Below are positions 29,630-38,666 of a stretch of 64,000 nucleotides of DNA, piece by piece (position 1 is the first letter of the stretch; each line of letters opens with the position of its first letter). A program made the position numbers and the translations under genes. The stretch spans positions 101,841-165,840 of the forward strand of contig CAVXQQ010000019.1 of the NCBI GenBank assembly GCA_963763835.1, written 5' to 3'. This DNA comes from Bryobacterales bacterium (lineage in GTDB: Bacteria; Acidobacteriota; Terriglobia; Bryobacterales; Bryobacteraceae). The notes under the pieces were generated by a model. It saw only the letters and a program-made list of their open reading frames with translations, did no database searches and was not told the origin of the DNA.

Positions 29630-30251
29630 ATGAACCTGAGAACCAAGATACTCGTTACACTGCCGTCCTTATTGCTACTCGTGGCATGCACAGAGGAGCC
29701 GAAGCCGGTCGTCAAGAAGGAAGTCAAGCCCGCGGAACCGGTCACGGCTATCGCCGCGGTCCACCAGACCTACAGGCAGGCGCGGGGCTGGGCGCCGGAC
29801 TGCCTGCTGCTCTCGGTTGCCAACCTCGACGTGAAGGACGTAAAGGGCCAGGAGGGGGGCAAGATGGCCGCCTGGGAGGTGACCTTCGTCTCTCCGAGCC
29901 AACGCCAGTCGCGCCGGTACACCTATTCGGTCGTCGAAGTTCCCGCGAGCAACCTGCCCGAGGGTGTTTCCGGAGGCTCGCCCGACATGTGGTCTCCCAC
30001 CGGCCAGAGCCAGCCGTTCGCAATCCAGTATCTCAAGACCGACTCTCCCGCGGCCTACGCCACGGCCATGACGAAGGCCAAGGAGTACGCCGCCAAGCAT
30101 CCCGACATGCCGGTGAAGTTCGTGGTCGAGTGGCAGAAGCGGCACCTCAACCCGACCTGGAGGGTCTACTGGGGCGAGACGGTCGACCAGCAGCAACTTT
30201 GGCGTGTACGTGGATGGGACGTACGACAAGTACGTCGCCATGGCGCACTGA
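29630..30251 (+). pseudogene. lipoprotein of unknown function, frameshift near 30190 as assembled
   Basis: Lipobox LLLLVAC. After ...WRVYWGETVD the sensible continuation SSNFGVYVDGTYDKYVAMAH* is in another frame, whereas the ORF-track frame reads on into repeat A. Confidence 0.6.
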
Positions 30252-30298
30252 GAGTGTGGGGCGGACCCCCTGGCGCGCGCAGCCGGCGGGCAGTTTCC

Positions 30299-30398
30299 GT
30301 GGCGCAGGCACTCCTGCCTGCCGCCTCGACATTCGTGTCGAGGCCGGTTTTTCGCGTCGAGAAGAGTCTCGACGCTGCAGACTAAGAGTCTGCGCCAC
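30299..30398. repeat. family A palindromic element (full copy)
   Basis: Near-identical to 5994-6092. Preceded by an inverted F-core (GTGGGGCGGACCCCCTGG, 30255-30272). Confidence 0.85.
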
Positions 30399-30435
30399 GG
30401 TCCAAGCTCGCGGCGGCGCGGGTCCGCCCCACGAG

Positions 30436-31752
30436 TTACAGCCGCACGATGTTCGGCGACGAGATGCCCCGCAACGCGTTGCGGGTGTCCACAATCAGGC
30501 GCGCGCTCGCAACCAGCGCCGGGTAGTCGAACGCCGAATGATCGGTGACGATCACCACGCAATCGGCCTCGGCCGCCGCCTTTTCCACCGGCTCGGCGCA
30601 GAGGGTGAGGCCATCCACCGCGAGACTTGCCACATGCGGGTCGCTGTAGGTCACCCGCGCGCCGCTTCGCCTGAGCAGGTGGATGACGTCCAGCGCGGGC
30701 GACTCGCGCAGGTCGTCGATATCGCGTTTGTAAGCCACTCCCATGACGTGGACGTGCGATCCCATCAGTGGCTTGGCGCAGCCGTTGAGGGCGTTCTGAA
30801 TCTTGTCCACCACGAAGTGCGGCATCTGGCTGTTGACGTAGCCGGCCAGCTCGATGAATCGCGCCTCGAAGCCCGCCTGCCTCGTCTTCCAGGACAGATA
30901 GAAGGGGTCGATGGGAATGCAGTGGCCTCCCAGACCCGGTCCCGGATAGAAGGGCATGAACCCGAACGGCTTGGTGGCCGCCGCGTCGATGATCTCCCAG
31001 ACGTTGATGTCCATGCGGTCGCACATCTGCGCCAGCTCGTTCACCAGGCCGATATTGATCATGCGGAAAGTGTTCTCGAGCAGCTTCACCATTTCGGCGA
31101 CCTTGGTCGAGCCCACGGGCACCACCGTTTCGAGCGCCTGGGAGTAGAACAGCGAGCCCAGTTCGGTGCACGCGGCCGTGATGCCGCCGACGACTTTGGG
31201 AATATTGACGGTCTGGTACTTGGGATTGCCGGGATCGACGCGTTCCGGCGAGAAGCACAGAAAGAAGTCCTCGCCGACCTTGAGGCCCGACTTCTGGAGC
31301 AGCGGAAGGACGAACTCGTCCGTGGTGCCCGGATAGGTGGTGGATTCCAGGATGATCAGCATCCCGGGGTGTATGTACTCGGCGATCTGTCGGCAGGCCG
31401 CGTCGATGTAACTCATGTCCGGGTCTTTGGACTTGCGGAGCGGCGTGGGAACGCAGATGTCGATGGTGTCCAGTTCGGCGATCGCGGCGAAGTCGGTGGT
31501 CGCTTCCAGCTTGCCGGCCGAGACCAACGGCGCGAGGGTCGCACTCGGGACGTCGAGAACGTAGGAATCGCCGGCGTTCACGCGGTCCACCTTGGACTCG
31601 GTGACATCGATGCCGGTGACGCGGAAGCCGGCGCGTGCGAACTCCACGCCCAGCGGCAGGCCCACGTAGCCCAGTCCCACCACGCCCACGCGCGCCGTGC
31701 GGGTGCGGATTCTCTCCTCCAACTGCTGTTGCCAATTACCCGGTTGCTTCAA
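30436..31752 (-). CDS. nucleotide-sugar dehydrogenase (UDP-glucose/GDP-mannose dehydrogenase family; WecC/TviB-like)
   Basis: 438 aa with VGVVGLGYVGLP, GPGLGGHCIPIDP (catalytic Cys) and VAYKRDIDDLRESPA. Confidence 0.9.
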   Translation of the reverse strand: MKQPGNWQQQLEERIRTRTARVGVVGLGYVGLPLGVEFARAGFRVTGIDVTESKVDRVNAGDSYVLDVPSATLAPLVSAGKLEATTDFAAIAELDTIDICVPTPLRKSKDPDMSYIDAACRQIAEYIHPGMLIILESTTYPGTTDEFVLPLLQKSGLKVGEDFFLCFSPERVDPGNPKYQTVNIPKVVGGITAACTELGSLFYSQALETVVPVGSTKVAEMVKLLENTFRMINIGLVNELAQMCDRMDINVWEIIDAAATKPFGFMPFYPGPGLGGHCIPIDPFYLSWKTRQAGFEARFIELAGYVNSQMPHFVVDKIQNALNGCAKPLMGSHVHVMGVAYKRDIDDLRESPALDVIHLLRRSGARVTYSDPHVASLAVDGLTLCAEPVEKAAAEADCVVIVTDHSAFDYPALVASARLIVDTRNALRGISSPNIVRL

Positions 31753-32579
31753 GTGCCTTCTCCTGGTGTTCGGTCGGCATAGAATTCTCCCGTGGCGACG
31801 ATCTCAGCCGGCCCCGTGAGATAGATGTCACCATCCCAGCGCAGATCGATCGGCCCGGCGGGCGTGACGATGCGGACCGGACTTTCGGCCACGCCACGCA
31901 GGACGGCCGCGGCCATCGCGCCGGTCGAACCCGTGCCGGAACTCATCGTCTCTCCTACGCCGCGCTCGAAAAAGCGGACCTCGAGCGTGTGGGCATCGAT
32001 TCGCCGGACGAATGAAACATTGGTGCGATTGGGGAAATGCGGGTAGCGCTCGATTTCCGCGCCCAGGCGGCGCCAGTCGAAGTCGAAGTTGTCGACGAAG
32101 ACGACACACTGGGGGTTGCCCACCGAGAGCGCCACGACTTCCTGCATGCTGCCGTCGAGCGGCAACTCCAGGTGCAGATCGGCCGAGGTGTACGCCGGCC
32201 GGCCCATGTTCATTTCGAAGGTGAAGCGCCGGCCGTCGCGATCGACCAGCCGCAGGTTCTTGACGCCGGCGCCGGTGGCGATGCGCAACTCGCTGCCCTT
32301 GACCACGCCCGTATCGAGGAGGAACGCGGCGGCGCAACGCGTGCCGTTGCCGGAGAGTTCGGGCTCGCTGCCATCGGCGTTGAAGAGGCGGATCTCGGCG
32401 TCGGCCCTCGCGCCGGGAGTGGCCTGCACCAGCATCCAGCCGTCGGCGCCTACGCCGGTGTGGCGGTCGCAGATGGCCCGCGCGGTTCCTGGCAGGTCGC
32501 CGGGCGGCGCATCGGCAGCCCAGGTCAGGGCAAAATCGTTGCCCGCGCCGTGCGCTTTGGTGAACGGTATCCGCATCAT
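31749..32579 (-). CDS. dapF: diaminopimelate epimerase family protein (second catalytic Cys position reads Ser)
   Basis: HGAGNDF, GNGTRCAA (first catalytic Cys), SVGNPQCVVFV and ERGVGETMSSGTG, where E. coli DapF has GETQACGSG. Confidence 0.8.
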   Translation of the reverse strand: MMRIPFTKAHGAGNDFALTWAADAPPGDLPGTARAICDRHTGVGADGWMLVQATPGARADAEIRLFNADGSEPELSGNGTRCAAAFLLDTGVVKGSELRIATGAGVKNLRLVDRDGRRFTFEMNMGRPAYTSADLHLELPLDGSMQEVVALSVGNPQCVVFVDNFDFDWRRLGAEIERYPHFPNRTNVSFVRRIDAHTLEVRFFERGVGETMSSGTGSTGAMAAAVLRGVAESPVRIVTPAGPIDLRWDGDIYLTGPAEIVATGEFYADRTPGEGT

Positions 32580-34153
32580 TGCCGCCGGTAGATTTCGATG
32601 ACCGGCCCGCCTTTCACGGTAATGGTCTTCAATAGATCATATCGTGGCCCGGTCCTCTGAAGGCGCTCGATGGCGCGGGCGACGATATCGCCGGAAATGG
32701 CCACGGCCCATTTTTCGTGCAGGGGCGGCCGCGGAGCGTTCATGACGGCCTTCCAGGCGCGGCCATTGCACTCGCTGTAGGTTTCGCGCAGGGGGATTCC
32801 GGCCTGCTGGTAGATGGCGGTCTGGTCGCCGAAGGAAGTCACGATGCCTTCACCCCGGCGGTAGTTCGCGCGGAGGTAGTCGGCGCCCTCGCGCGTCCAG
32901 GCCCGCCGCGCTTCGGAGTTGACCTGCGACTCTTTCCAGCAGATCCAGTTCTCCATGCGGGGGTAGGCCAGCCACGGGGAGATGGCCGCAAGAACGATCA
33001 GCGCGGCCGCGACCTTGCGGAAGCGCAGCGGCACCAGCATCACCAGCGCCGCCGCCGCAAATGCCAGCAGCGGAAAGGCGGCGATTCCGTAGCGCGTGTT
33101 GTAGTAGCTGTGCGGCCAGAGCTGCGGCATGAAGATGGGCGTGCCGCCGGAATGCAGGCTCCAGACGTAGAACAGCGGCGCCAACGCCAACAGCGCCAGG
33201 GGCCAGAAGGCGCGGCGAAAAAGCGCCACCAACCCGCCCGCCAGGCTCATGAAGACGAGCGGCTGCCCGGCGCAAAGCCGGATGTCCTCTCGCACGTAAA
33301 GCCACGCCTGGCGCCAGTCGTGATCGCCCGGATACCGGGCCATGTTGGCGTCGAGGGCGCGCTGGTAGATCCCCTTGGCGCTCGAGGGGCCGGAGTAGAA
33401 TGCGAGCGCGTCGTCGAAGAAGAAGTAGTTGTGCGCGAACCAGTAGAGCGGGCCGAACGAGGCAATGGCGCCGAAAACCAGCGCGTGCTTCAAGCGGCGT
33501 TCTTTCGCCGTCGCCAGAAAGTACAGCGTGACGAAGGGAATGAGAAACCAGCCTTCATAGCGCGTCATGCTGGCGGCCAGCGAGGCCAGTCCGGCGGCAA
33601 TCACGGCGCTCCAGGATTGGGTCTCTCGGAAGCGGACTGTGAAATAGAGCAGCGCCGCCACCGAAGCCATGAATACGGCCTCGGTCATGGGGATGGCCTG
33701 CAGGTAAAGCAGATTCGGATTGAGGGCGAGGAGCAGGCAGGCGGCCGCGGCGGCGGTCCCGTCCGCGAAGACGCGCCGCGCGGCCAGGAAGATCAGCACG
33801 CCGGCCAGCACGAAACAGAATCCGCTAGGAATGGAGCCGGCCAGTCCGCTCATCCACAGTTTGTCGACGCCGACGAAGGGAACCATCAACAGGTGCGGGA
33901 GCGGGAGCCAGACCGTTCCCACCTGCTCCCAGCCGGGCGTGCGCGAATCGAGGATCCGCCGCGCGACGTTGATGTGGGCGGTGGCGTCGCCGTAGTAGAG
34001 CAGGCAGCCCTGGGAGTAGAAGAACGCGATGGCGCCGGCGCTCAGCGCGGCCAGCACCACGGCAGCCAGGATCGGGCCGGTCACGGAACGGGCGGCCGGT
34101 GCGCTCTTCCGCTTAGAAGCAGGTGAATTCTTTGAACTCGTTGAAGCGGGCAT
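32576..34153 (-). CDS. integral-membrane glycosyltransferase (GT39/ArnT-like, PMT_2-type)
   Basis: 525 aa with more than 10 TM segments and N-terminal YYGDATAHINVARRILDS. Overlaps dapF by 4 nt. Confidence 0.6.
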   Translation of the reverse strand: MPASTSSKNSPASKRKSAPAARSVTGPILAAVVLAALSAGAIAFFYSQGCLLYYGDATAHINVARRILDSRTPGWEQVGTVWLPLPHLLMVPFVGVDKLWMSGLAGSIPSGFCFVLAGVLIFLAARRVFADGTAAAAACLLLALNPNLLYLQAIPMTEAVFMASVAALLYFTVRFRETQSWSAVIAAGLASLAASMTRYEGWFLIPFVTLYFLATAKERRLKHALVFGAIASFGPLYWFAHNYFFFDDALAFYSGPSSAKGIYQRALDANMARYPGDHDWRQAWLYVREDIRLCAGQPLVFMSLAGGLVALFRRAFWPLALLALAPLFYVWSLHSGGTPIFMPQLWPHSYYNTRYGIAAFPLLAFAAAALVMLVPLRFRKVAAALIVLAAISPWLAYPRMENWICWKESQVNSEARRAWTREGADYLRANYRRGEGIVTSFGDQTAIYQQAGIPLRETYSECNGRAWKAVMNAPRPPLHEKWAVAISGDIVARAIERLQRTGPRYDLLKTITVKGGPVIEIYRRQ

Positions 34154-35027
34154 CGATCTCCGCGCGGGTCAGGGTTCGAAAACGGTCCACGCCGAACTGT
34201 TCGCAGCAGAAGCTGCCCATCACCGATCCGTAGATGACGGCGCGGCGGATCTCCTGGGGGGCGTTCTTGTCCTTGATGTCCAGGCCGCGGCTGGCCACGT
34301 ATCCGAAGAATCCGCCGGCAAAGGAATCGCCCGCGCCGGTGGGATCGAAGACGTCGTCCAGAAGGTAGCCGGGCACGATGAAGTGGCCCTCGGGGCGGAA
34401 CAGCACCGCTCCATACTCGCCGCGCTTGATGACGATGGTCTGGGGTCCCATCTCGAAAATCGCCTCGGCCGCGCGGCGGAGGTTGTACTGGCCGGAGAGC
34501 TGGCGGGCTTCGCTGTCGTTGATGAGCAGGAAATCCCAGTCCTTCAGGGCCGCGAGCAACTCGTCGCGAGTTTCGCGGATCCAGTAATTCATGGTGTCGC
34601 CGCCGACCAGGCGGGGAGCGGTCATCTGGGCGCGCACGCTGCGCTGGAGGCTGGGCTGTATGTTGCCGAGCAGCAGATAGGGCTGCGTGCGATAGCGCTC
34701 GGGCAGCTTGGGATCGAAGCCGGCGAAAACGTTGAGGTCGGTGCGCAGCGTGGTGCGGTCGTTCATATCGGGCGAATAGACGCCCGACCAGAAGAACGTC
34801 TTGCCGGGCACGCGCTCGAGCCCTGCCAGGTCGATGCCGCGGCTCGCCAGCAGATCGGTATCTTCCTGGGCGAAATCGTCGCCCACGACGGCCACCACGG
34901 CGGCTTCTGTGAAGAAGCTGGCGGCCAGCGCGACATACGTACACGCGCCGCCGAGCATGCGCTCGACCTTCCCGTGCGGCGTCTCGACACCATCATAGGC
35001 AACGGAACCGACCACAACCAGCGACAT
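34113..35027 (-). CDS. PfkB-family carbohydrate kinase
   Basis: 304 aa with GGACTYVA and DPTGAGDSFAGGF motifs. Confidence 0.85.
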   Translation of the reverse strand: MSLVVVGSVAYDGVETPHGKVERMLGGACTYVALAASFFTEAAVVAVVGDDFAQEDTDLLASRGIDLAGLERVPGKTFFWSGVYSPDMNDRTTLRTDLNVFAGFDPKLPERYRTQPYLLLGNIQPSLQRSVRAQMTAPRLVGGDTMNYWIRETRDELLAALKDWDFLLINDSEARQLSGQYNLRRAAEAIFEMGPQTIVIKRGEYGAVLFRPEGHFIVPGYLLDDVFDPTGAGDSFAGGFFGYVASRGLDIKDKNAPQEIRRAVIYGSVMGSFCCEQFGVDRFRTLTRAEIDARFNEFKEFTCF

Positions 35028-35043
35028 CTTTCGATTCTAGCTT

Positions 35044-35235
35044 GTGGGGCGCGGGGCTGGCGCGGGGTGTGGGGCTGGCGCGGGATGCGGGGCTGGCGCG
35101 GGGCTGGCGCGGGACGCGGGGCGTGGGGCTCGCGCGGGGCTGGCGCGCGGTGTGGTGCTGGCGCGCGGTGTGGGGCTCGCGCGGGGCGCGGCGCACGCGC
35201 GGCGTCTGGCGCACGCAGAGGCGCGGCGTCGAGCG
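35044..35235. repeat. G-rich degenerate tandem repeat (units about 11-18 bp, core GGGGCTGGCGCG)
   Basis: GGGGCTGGCGCGGGGTGT GGGGCTGGCGCGGGATGC GGGGCTGGCGCG GGGCTGGCGCGGGACGC GGGGCGT GGGGCTCGCGC GGGGCTGGCGCGCGGTGT... read directly. Lies between the 1060-aa gene stop and the pfkB start. Confidence 0.8.
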
Positions 35236-35256
35236 GGGCACCCGTGTGACCGCCCC

Positions 35257-38200
35257 CTACGGCGCGAAATACCCGTTGATATCCAGAATCACCTGCGTGC
35301 GGTCGGTCACGTAAATGCTCACCGCCCCGTTCGTCCCCGCTGGAACGATCGCCGCGTTCGCCACGACGCTCCCGTCAAACGAGTTCAACGTCGAAACGAA
35401 CGGCTGCCCCGCCCCCGCCGGCCACGCCGTCAGGAACGACAACACCCCGTCCGGCACCACCGTCACGTTCAGCGAGTACGCCTTCGCCGTCGAGGGCACA
35501 TTGCAGCCGCTAGCCGGCAGCACAAACGAGCGCACCGACTGCGCCTCCATCTCCGGTCCCCCGAACGGCCCCGCCGTCCCCCGCGTGTCCACCACCCGGC
35601 ACGGCACCAGCGGGTAGAACGTCAGTTCCCCCGCGCCTCCCGGCTGCCCGAAGTAGCCGTTGAGGTCCAGGACCACGTCCGCCGGATCGGTCACAAATAC
35701 CGAAACCGATCCGTTGCTGCCCGCCGGAACCAGGGCCGCATTGGCCACCACTTTCCCGGTCCAGGAGTTCAGCGTCGAGACCACCGTTTGCGCCGCTCCC
35801 GTCGGCCAGGTGCTCAAATAGCCCAGATACTTCGTCCCCGGAATCGCCGTCACATTCAGCGAGTACGCCTTCGCGGTGGACGGAATCCCGCAGCCGCCTG
35901 ACGGAATCGGAAAGTCCCGGGTCTGGTCCATCCCCATCGAGGGCCCGCCGAACTGGCCCGCCGTGCCCCGCGTGTCGGCCACACGGCACGGCGTAGCGGG
36001 ATAGAAGGAATACGACGCCACTGTGCCGGTCGCATCGAAATAGCCATCGATATCCAGGATCACGTCGCTCTGGTCGCTGACGTATGCGCTCACCGCCCCG
36101 CTGGTCCCCGCCGGAACGATAGCCGCGTTGGCCACCACAATTCCGGCGAACGAATTCAGGGTGGAGACCAAAGGCTGCGGCTGCCCGGTAGGCCACAGCG
36201 TCAGGAAGCTGAGCGGGCCCGCCGGCACCACCGTGACGTTGAGCGAATAGGCCTGGGCGGTGGCCGGGATGCCGCATCCGCTCTGGGGAATGGGGAAGGA
36301 GCGGCTGGAGCCGGCGGTCAGGGTGGGACCGCCGAAGGGGCCGTCAGGATAGCGCGTGTCCGCCACGCGGCAGGGGGTGACGGGGACGAAGCGCAACGGA
36401 GCTACCGCGGTGCCGGTGCTGAAGGACCAGATCGCGGAACTGGCCGAACCGGAGCCGTTTTGGGCCACGATCTGCCAGTAGTAAGTGGTATTCGCGGTCA
36501 GCGCCGCGGCGGTGTAACTGGTGCCGGTAGTGGAGGTCACCAGCGGTGGCGTGGAGAGGGTTCCGAAATAGACCTGGTAGGATGTGGCGCCGCTCGCCGC
36601 GCTCCAGGTCAAGATGGACGTCAGCGGAGCGGCCGCGCCTCCGTTGGCCGGGGAGACCAGGACCGGGGCGGCGGGGAGAGCCGGCGTCACCTGGAAGCTC
36701 TGGTCTACCGGCGTGGCCGCGGCGTAGTTACTCTCGCCCCCCTGCGTCGCTTCGATGGTGCAGGTGCCGGCTGCGATCAGCGTTACGGTCGCGCCCGAAA
36801 GCGCGCAGACGGACGCGGTGGTCGAAGCGAAACTGACCGCAAGCCCCGACGACGCGGTCGCGCTGACCGTGAATGGTGCGGCGCCCAGCGCCTGGTTCGG
36901 AAGTGCGCCGAAGGCGATGGTCTGCGCTGCGAGGTGGATGACGGTAACCGTCACGGACGCGGACGGAATGCCGTTGGCGACAACCTGTATCGTACTGGGG
37001 CCGGCCTCGATGTTAGCCGGCACGTCGAAGTAAGTGAACACGGATGCGGCGCCAGTCGCCACACCCATGCTGCTGTGGTCATGCGTCTTGGCGTACAAGG
37101 CATGACCTGACGCCAGATTCGTGATCCTGACCAGAGGATAGTTGGTGGCGTTCTGCGCTTCGTCGCCGAATGCCGACCCCTGACTCAGGCCATTGAATTG
37201 CGTCCCGGCGATCCGATATGTGGTGCCGCTCGAAATGGTCGATGGGACGGTGGTAATCGTCGGCGCCCACGCGGCATTGTAAGTGGGCGACGCCGCCGGA
37301 GTGTAAATCTGAACGGTGGTGGAGAAGTCGGTCAGCATAACCTGGCCCGTAGGCAGCACGAGTAAGCTGGTGAAGTAAGTCGCATCATTCGCGGCATTGG
37401 CCGGCGCCGGAACGCTTATCAACCTGACGCCGTCAAATTCGAAATACTGCAATCCGCGTCCGCTCGCGCCCGGGCTGGCGCCAAACAATACGTGGCCGCT
37501 AGGCAATACCGCGCCCGGGCCGTCCTGAACATTCAGGCCCGCGGGCAACTGCGGCCCGGCGGCCCAGGTGCCCGCTGCGGTAGACAGAGGAGGTGGTGGC
37601 GTATAGATGCCGGTGAATCCATCCGCTCCGATCGCGAACACCGTGCCATCGGGACGGAGCAGCGTTGGCCCGATTTCGCCGGGAGGGTTGTACGCCGGGC
37701 AGCCCGGCGCCGTTATCGGTTGCGAGGTAGTGGGCGTATGCAGGTCTTGCGGAGTGCTCCCGGAACTGGCCCATACGCCCGTAGCCGTGCCGGTGAGTAG
37801 GAAGCGTTCCGACGACGGAGCGTTACTTACGTCGAGCGTGAAGAAGCTGCCGTCGGGGAGCAGAGTCCAACCTTCTTCCGAATTGATGCCATCGGTTTTA
37901 CCCGTGGCGGAGACAACGGACCACGACAAAGTTATAGGATCGAGTACGGCCAAATCCCGATACAGTTTGCTGCCGATGATCAGGCGGCCGTCGGCCAGAA
38001 CGGTGGCGGGCGCGTCGCCGATGCATTGGAAACGATCGGGCGAACCGGCGGATGGCGGAGCGAGCGGGGTCCAGGCGTTCGCCGCAGGGTCGTAAACGGC
38101 GCCCATGTTAGTCAGTGTGAACTGACCGGAGTTGTATTCGCCGCCGACGATCGCCACCCGCCCGTCCGCTAACACCGCCGAGGCGAATGCATCGGGCGTA

Positions 38201-38439
38201 TAACCGGCAGGCAGCTTGGCCAGGGAGGACCAACTGCCGCCCAGATAGCCGGAAATAGGATCGGGAGTGAGTTTGTACCAGGCGGAATAGGACGTGCCCT
38301 GGCACATGACGCCGCCGTCGGTGAGCAACAGGCAAAGCGTGAGGCTCTCCGGCGGCGGGGTGGCTATGGTGGTCCAACTTTGAGCCCGGGCCAGGCAGGC
38401 CAGACTCATCGCCAGCAAAAGACCGCGCCGCACACGCAT
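35257..38439 (-). CDS. 1060-aa secreted multidomain protein: Kelch/galactose-oxidase-like propeller, Ig-like and FN3-like domains, and a C-terminal triple PCRxADTR cassette
   Basis: Signal peptide MRVRRGLLLAMSLACLARA, Kelch-like GRVAIVGGEYN, FN3-like TWSAASGATSYQVYFG...TYYWQIVAQN, then three ~125-aa modules. Confidence 0.85.
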   Translation of the reverse strand: MRVRRGLLLAMSLACLARAQSWTTIATPPPESLTLCLLLTDGGVMCQGTSYSAWYKLTPDPISGYLGGSWSSLAKLPAGYTPDAFASAVLADGRVAIVGGEYNSGQFTLTNMGAVYDPAANAWTPLAPPSAGSPDRFQCIGDAPATVLADGRLIIGSKLYRDLAVLDPITLSWSVVSATGKTDGINSEEGWTLLPDGSFFTLDVSNAPSSERFLLTGTATGVWASSGSTPQDLHTPTTSQPITAPGCPAYNPPGEIGPTLLRPDGTVFAIGADGFTGIYTPPPPLSTAAGTWAAGPQLPAGLNVQDGPGAVLPSGHVLFGASPGASGRGLQYFEFDGVRLISVPAPANAANDATYFTSLLVLPTGQVMLTDFSTTVQIYTPAASPTYNAAWAPTITTVPSTISSGTTYRIAGTQFNGLSQGSAFGDEAQNATNYPLVRITNLASGHALYAKTHDHSSMGVATGAASVFTYFDVPANIEAGPSTIQVVANGIPSASVTVTVIHLAAQTIAFGALPNQALGAAPFTVSATASSGLAVSFASTTASVCALSGATVTLIAAGTCTIEATQGGESNYAAATPVDQSFQVTPALPAAPVLVSPANGGAAAPLTSILTWSAASGATSYQVYFGTLSTPPLVTSTTGTSYTAAALTANTTYYWQIVAQNGSGSASSAIWSFSTGTAVAPLRFVPVTPCRVADTRYPDGPFGGPTLTAGSSRSFPIPQSGCGIPATAQAYSLNVTVVPAGPLSFLTLWPTGQPQPLVSTLNSFAGIVVANAAIVPAGTSGAVSAYVSDQSDVILDIDGYFDATGTVASYSFYPATPCRVADTRGTAGQFGGPSMGMDQTRDFPIPSGGCGIPSTAKAYSLNVTAIPGTKYLGYLSTWPTGAAQTVVSTLNSWTGKVVANAALVPAGSNGSVSVFVTDPADVVLDLNGYFGQPGGAGELTFYPLVPCRVVDTRGTAGPFGGPEMEAQSVRSFVLPASGCNVPSTAKAYSLNVTVVPDGVLSFLTAWPAGAGQPFVSTLNSFDGSVVANAAIVPAGTNGAVSIYVTDRTQVILDINGYFAP
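35260..36396 (-). other. triple C-terminal module cassette (3 x ~125 aa, PCR(V/I)(A/V)DTR ... YSLNVT ... WP.G ... STLNS ... VVANAA(I/L)VPAG ... (D/N)GYF)
   Basis: Modules of 128, 129 and 122 aa counted from LRFVPVTPCRV to the terminal NGYFAP*. Collinear with 57814-58941. Confidence 0.7.
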
Positions 38440-38548
38440 CGTCTTCGTCTCCAGTAAGCGAGGAGTTCTGTCCCGGCTGTACAGTCGTGTTGATGTAGGC
38501 GGCTACGCTTCGGATTCAGCTCTGTTTGCAGTAGGGCCGTTAGTGGCC

Positions 38549-38652
38549 CGCTTGCTGACGCGCGCGGTTCGGTACCGACGCGGCGCGCCGTGCCGTTACG
38601 CTTGCTGACGGGCGCGGTTCGGTGCCGACGCCGCGCCCGCGCCGTGCCGTTA
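38549..38652. repeat. 50/54-bp tandem repeat in a divergent promoter region
   Basis: GCTTGCTGACG(C/G)GCGCGGTTCGGT(A/G)CCGACGC...GCCGTGCCGTTAC occurs twice. The second copy ends in TACAAT, 12 nt before the ATG at 38667. Confidence 0.7.
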
Positions 38653-38666
38653 CAATAGAAACGAGC

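Noticed and set aside
35044-35235. CRISPR array as an explanation for the tandem repeats at 35.0, 38.5, 41.1 and 27.3 kb
   Set aside because: The units are contiguous, degenerate copies without unique spacers, the unit lengths (~18, 33, ~50 and 168 bp) do not fit a repeat-spacer architecture, and no cas genes are present.
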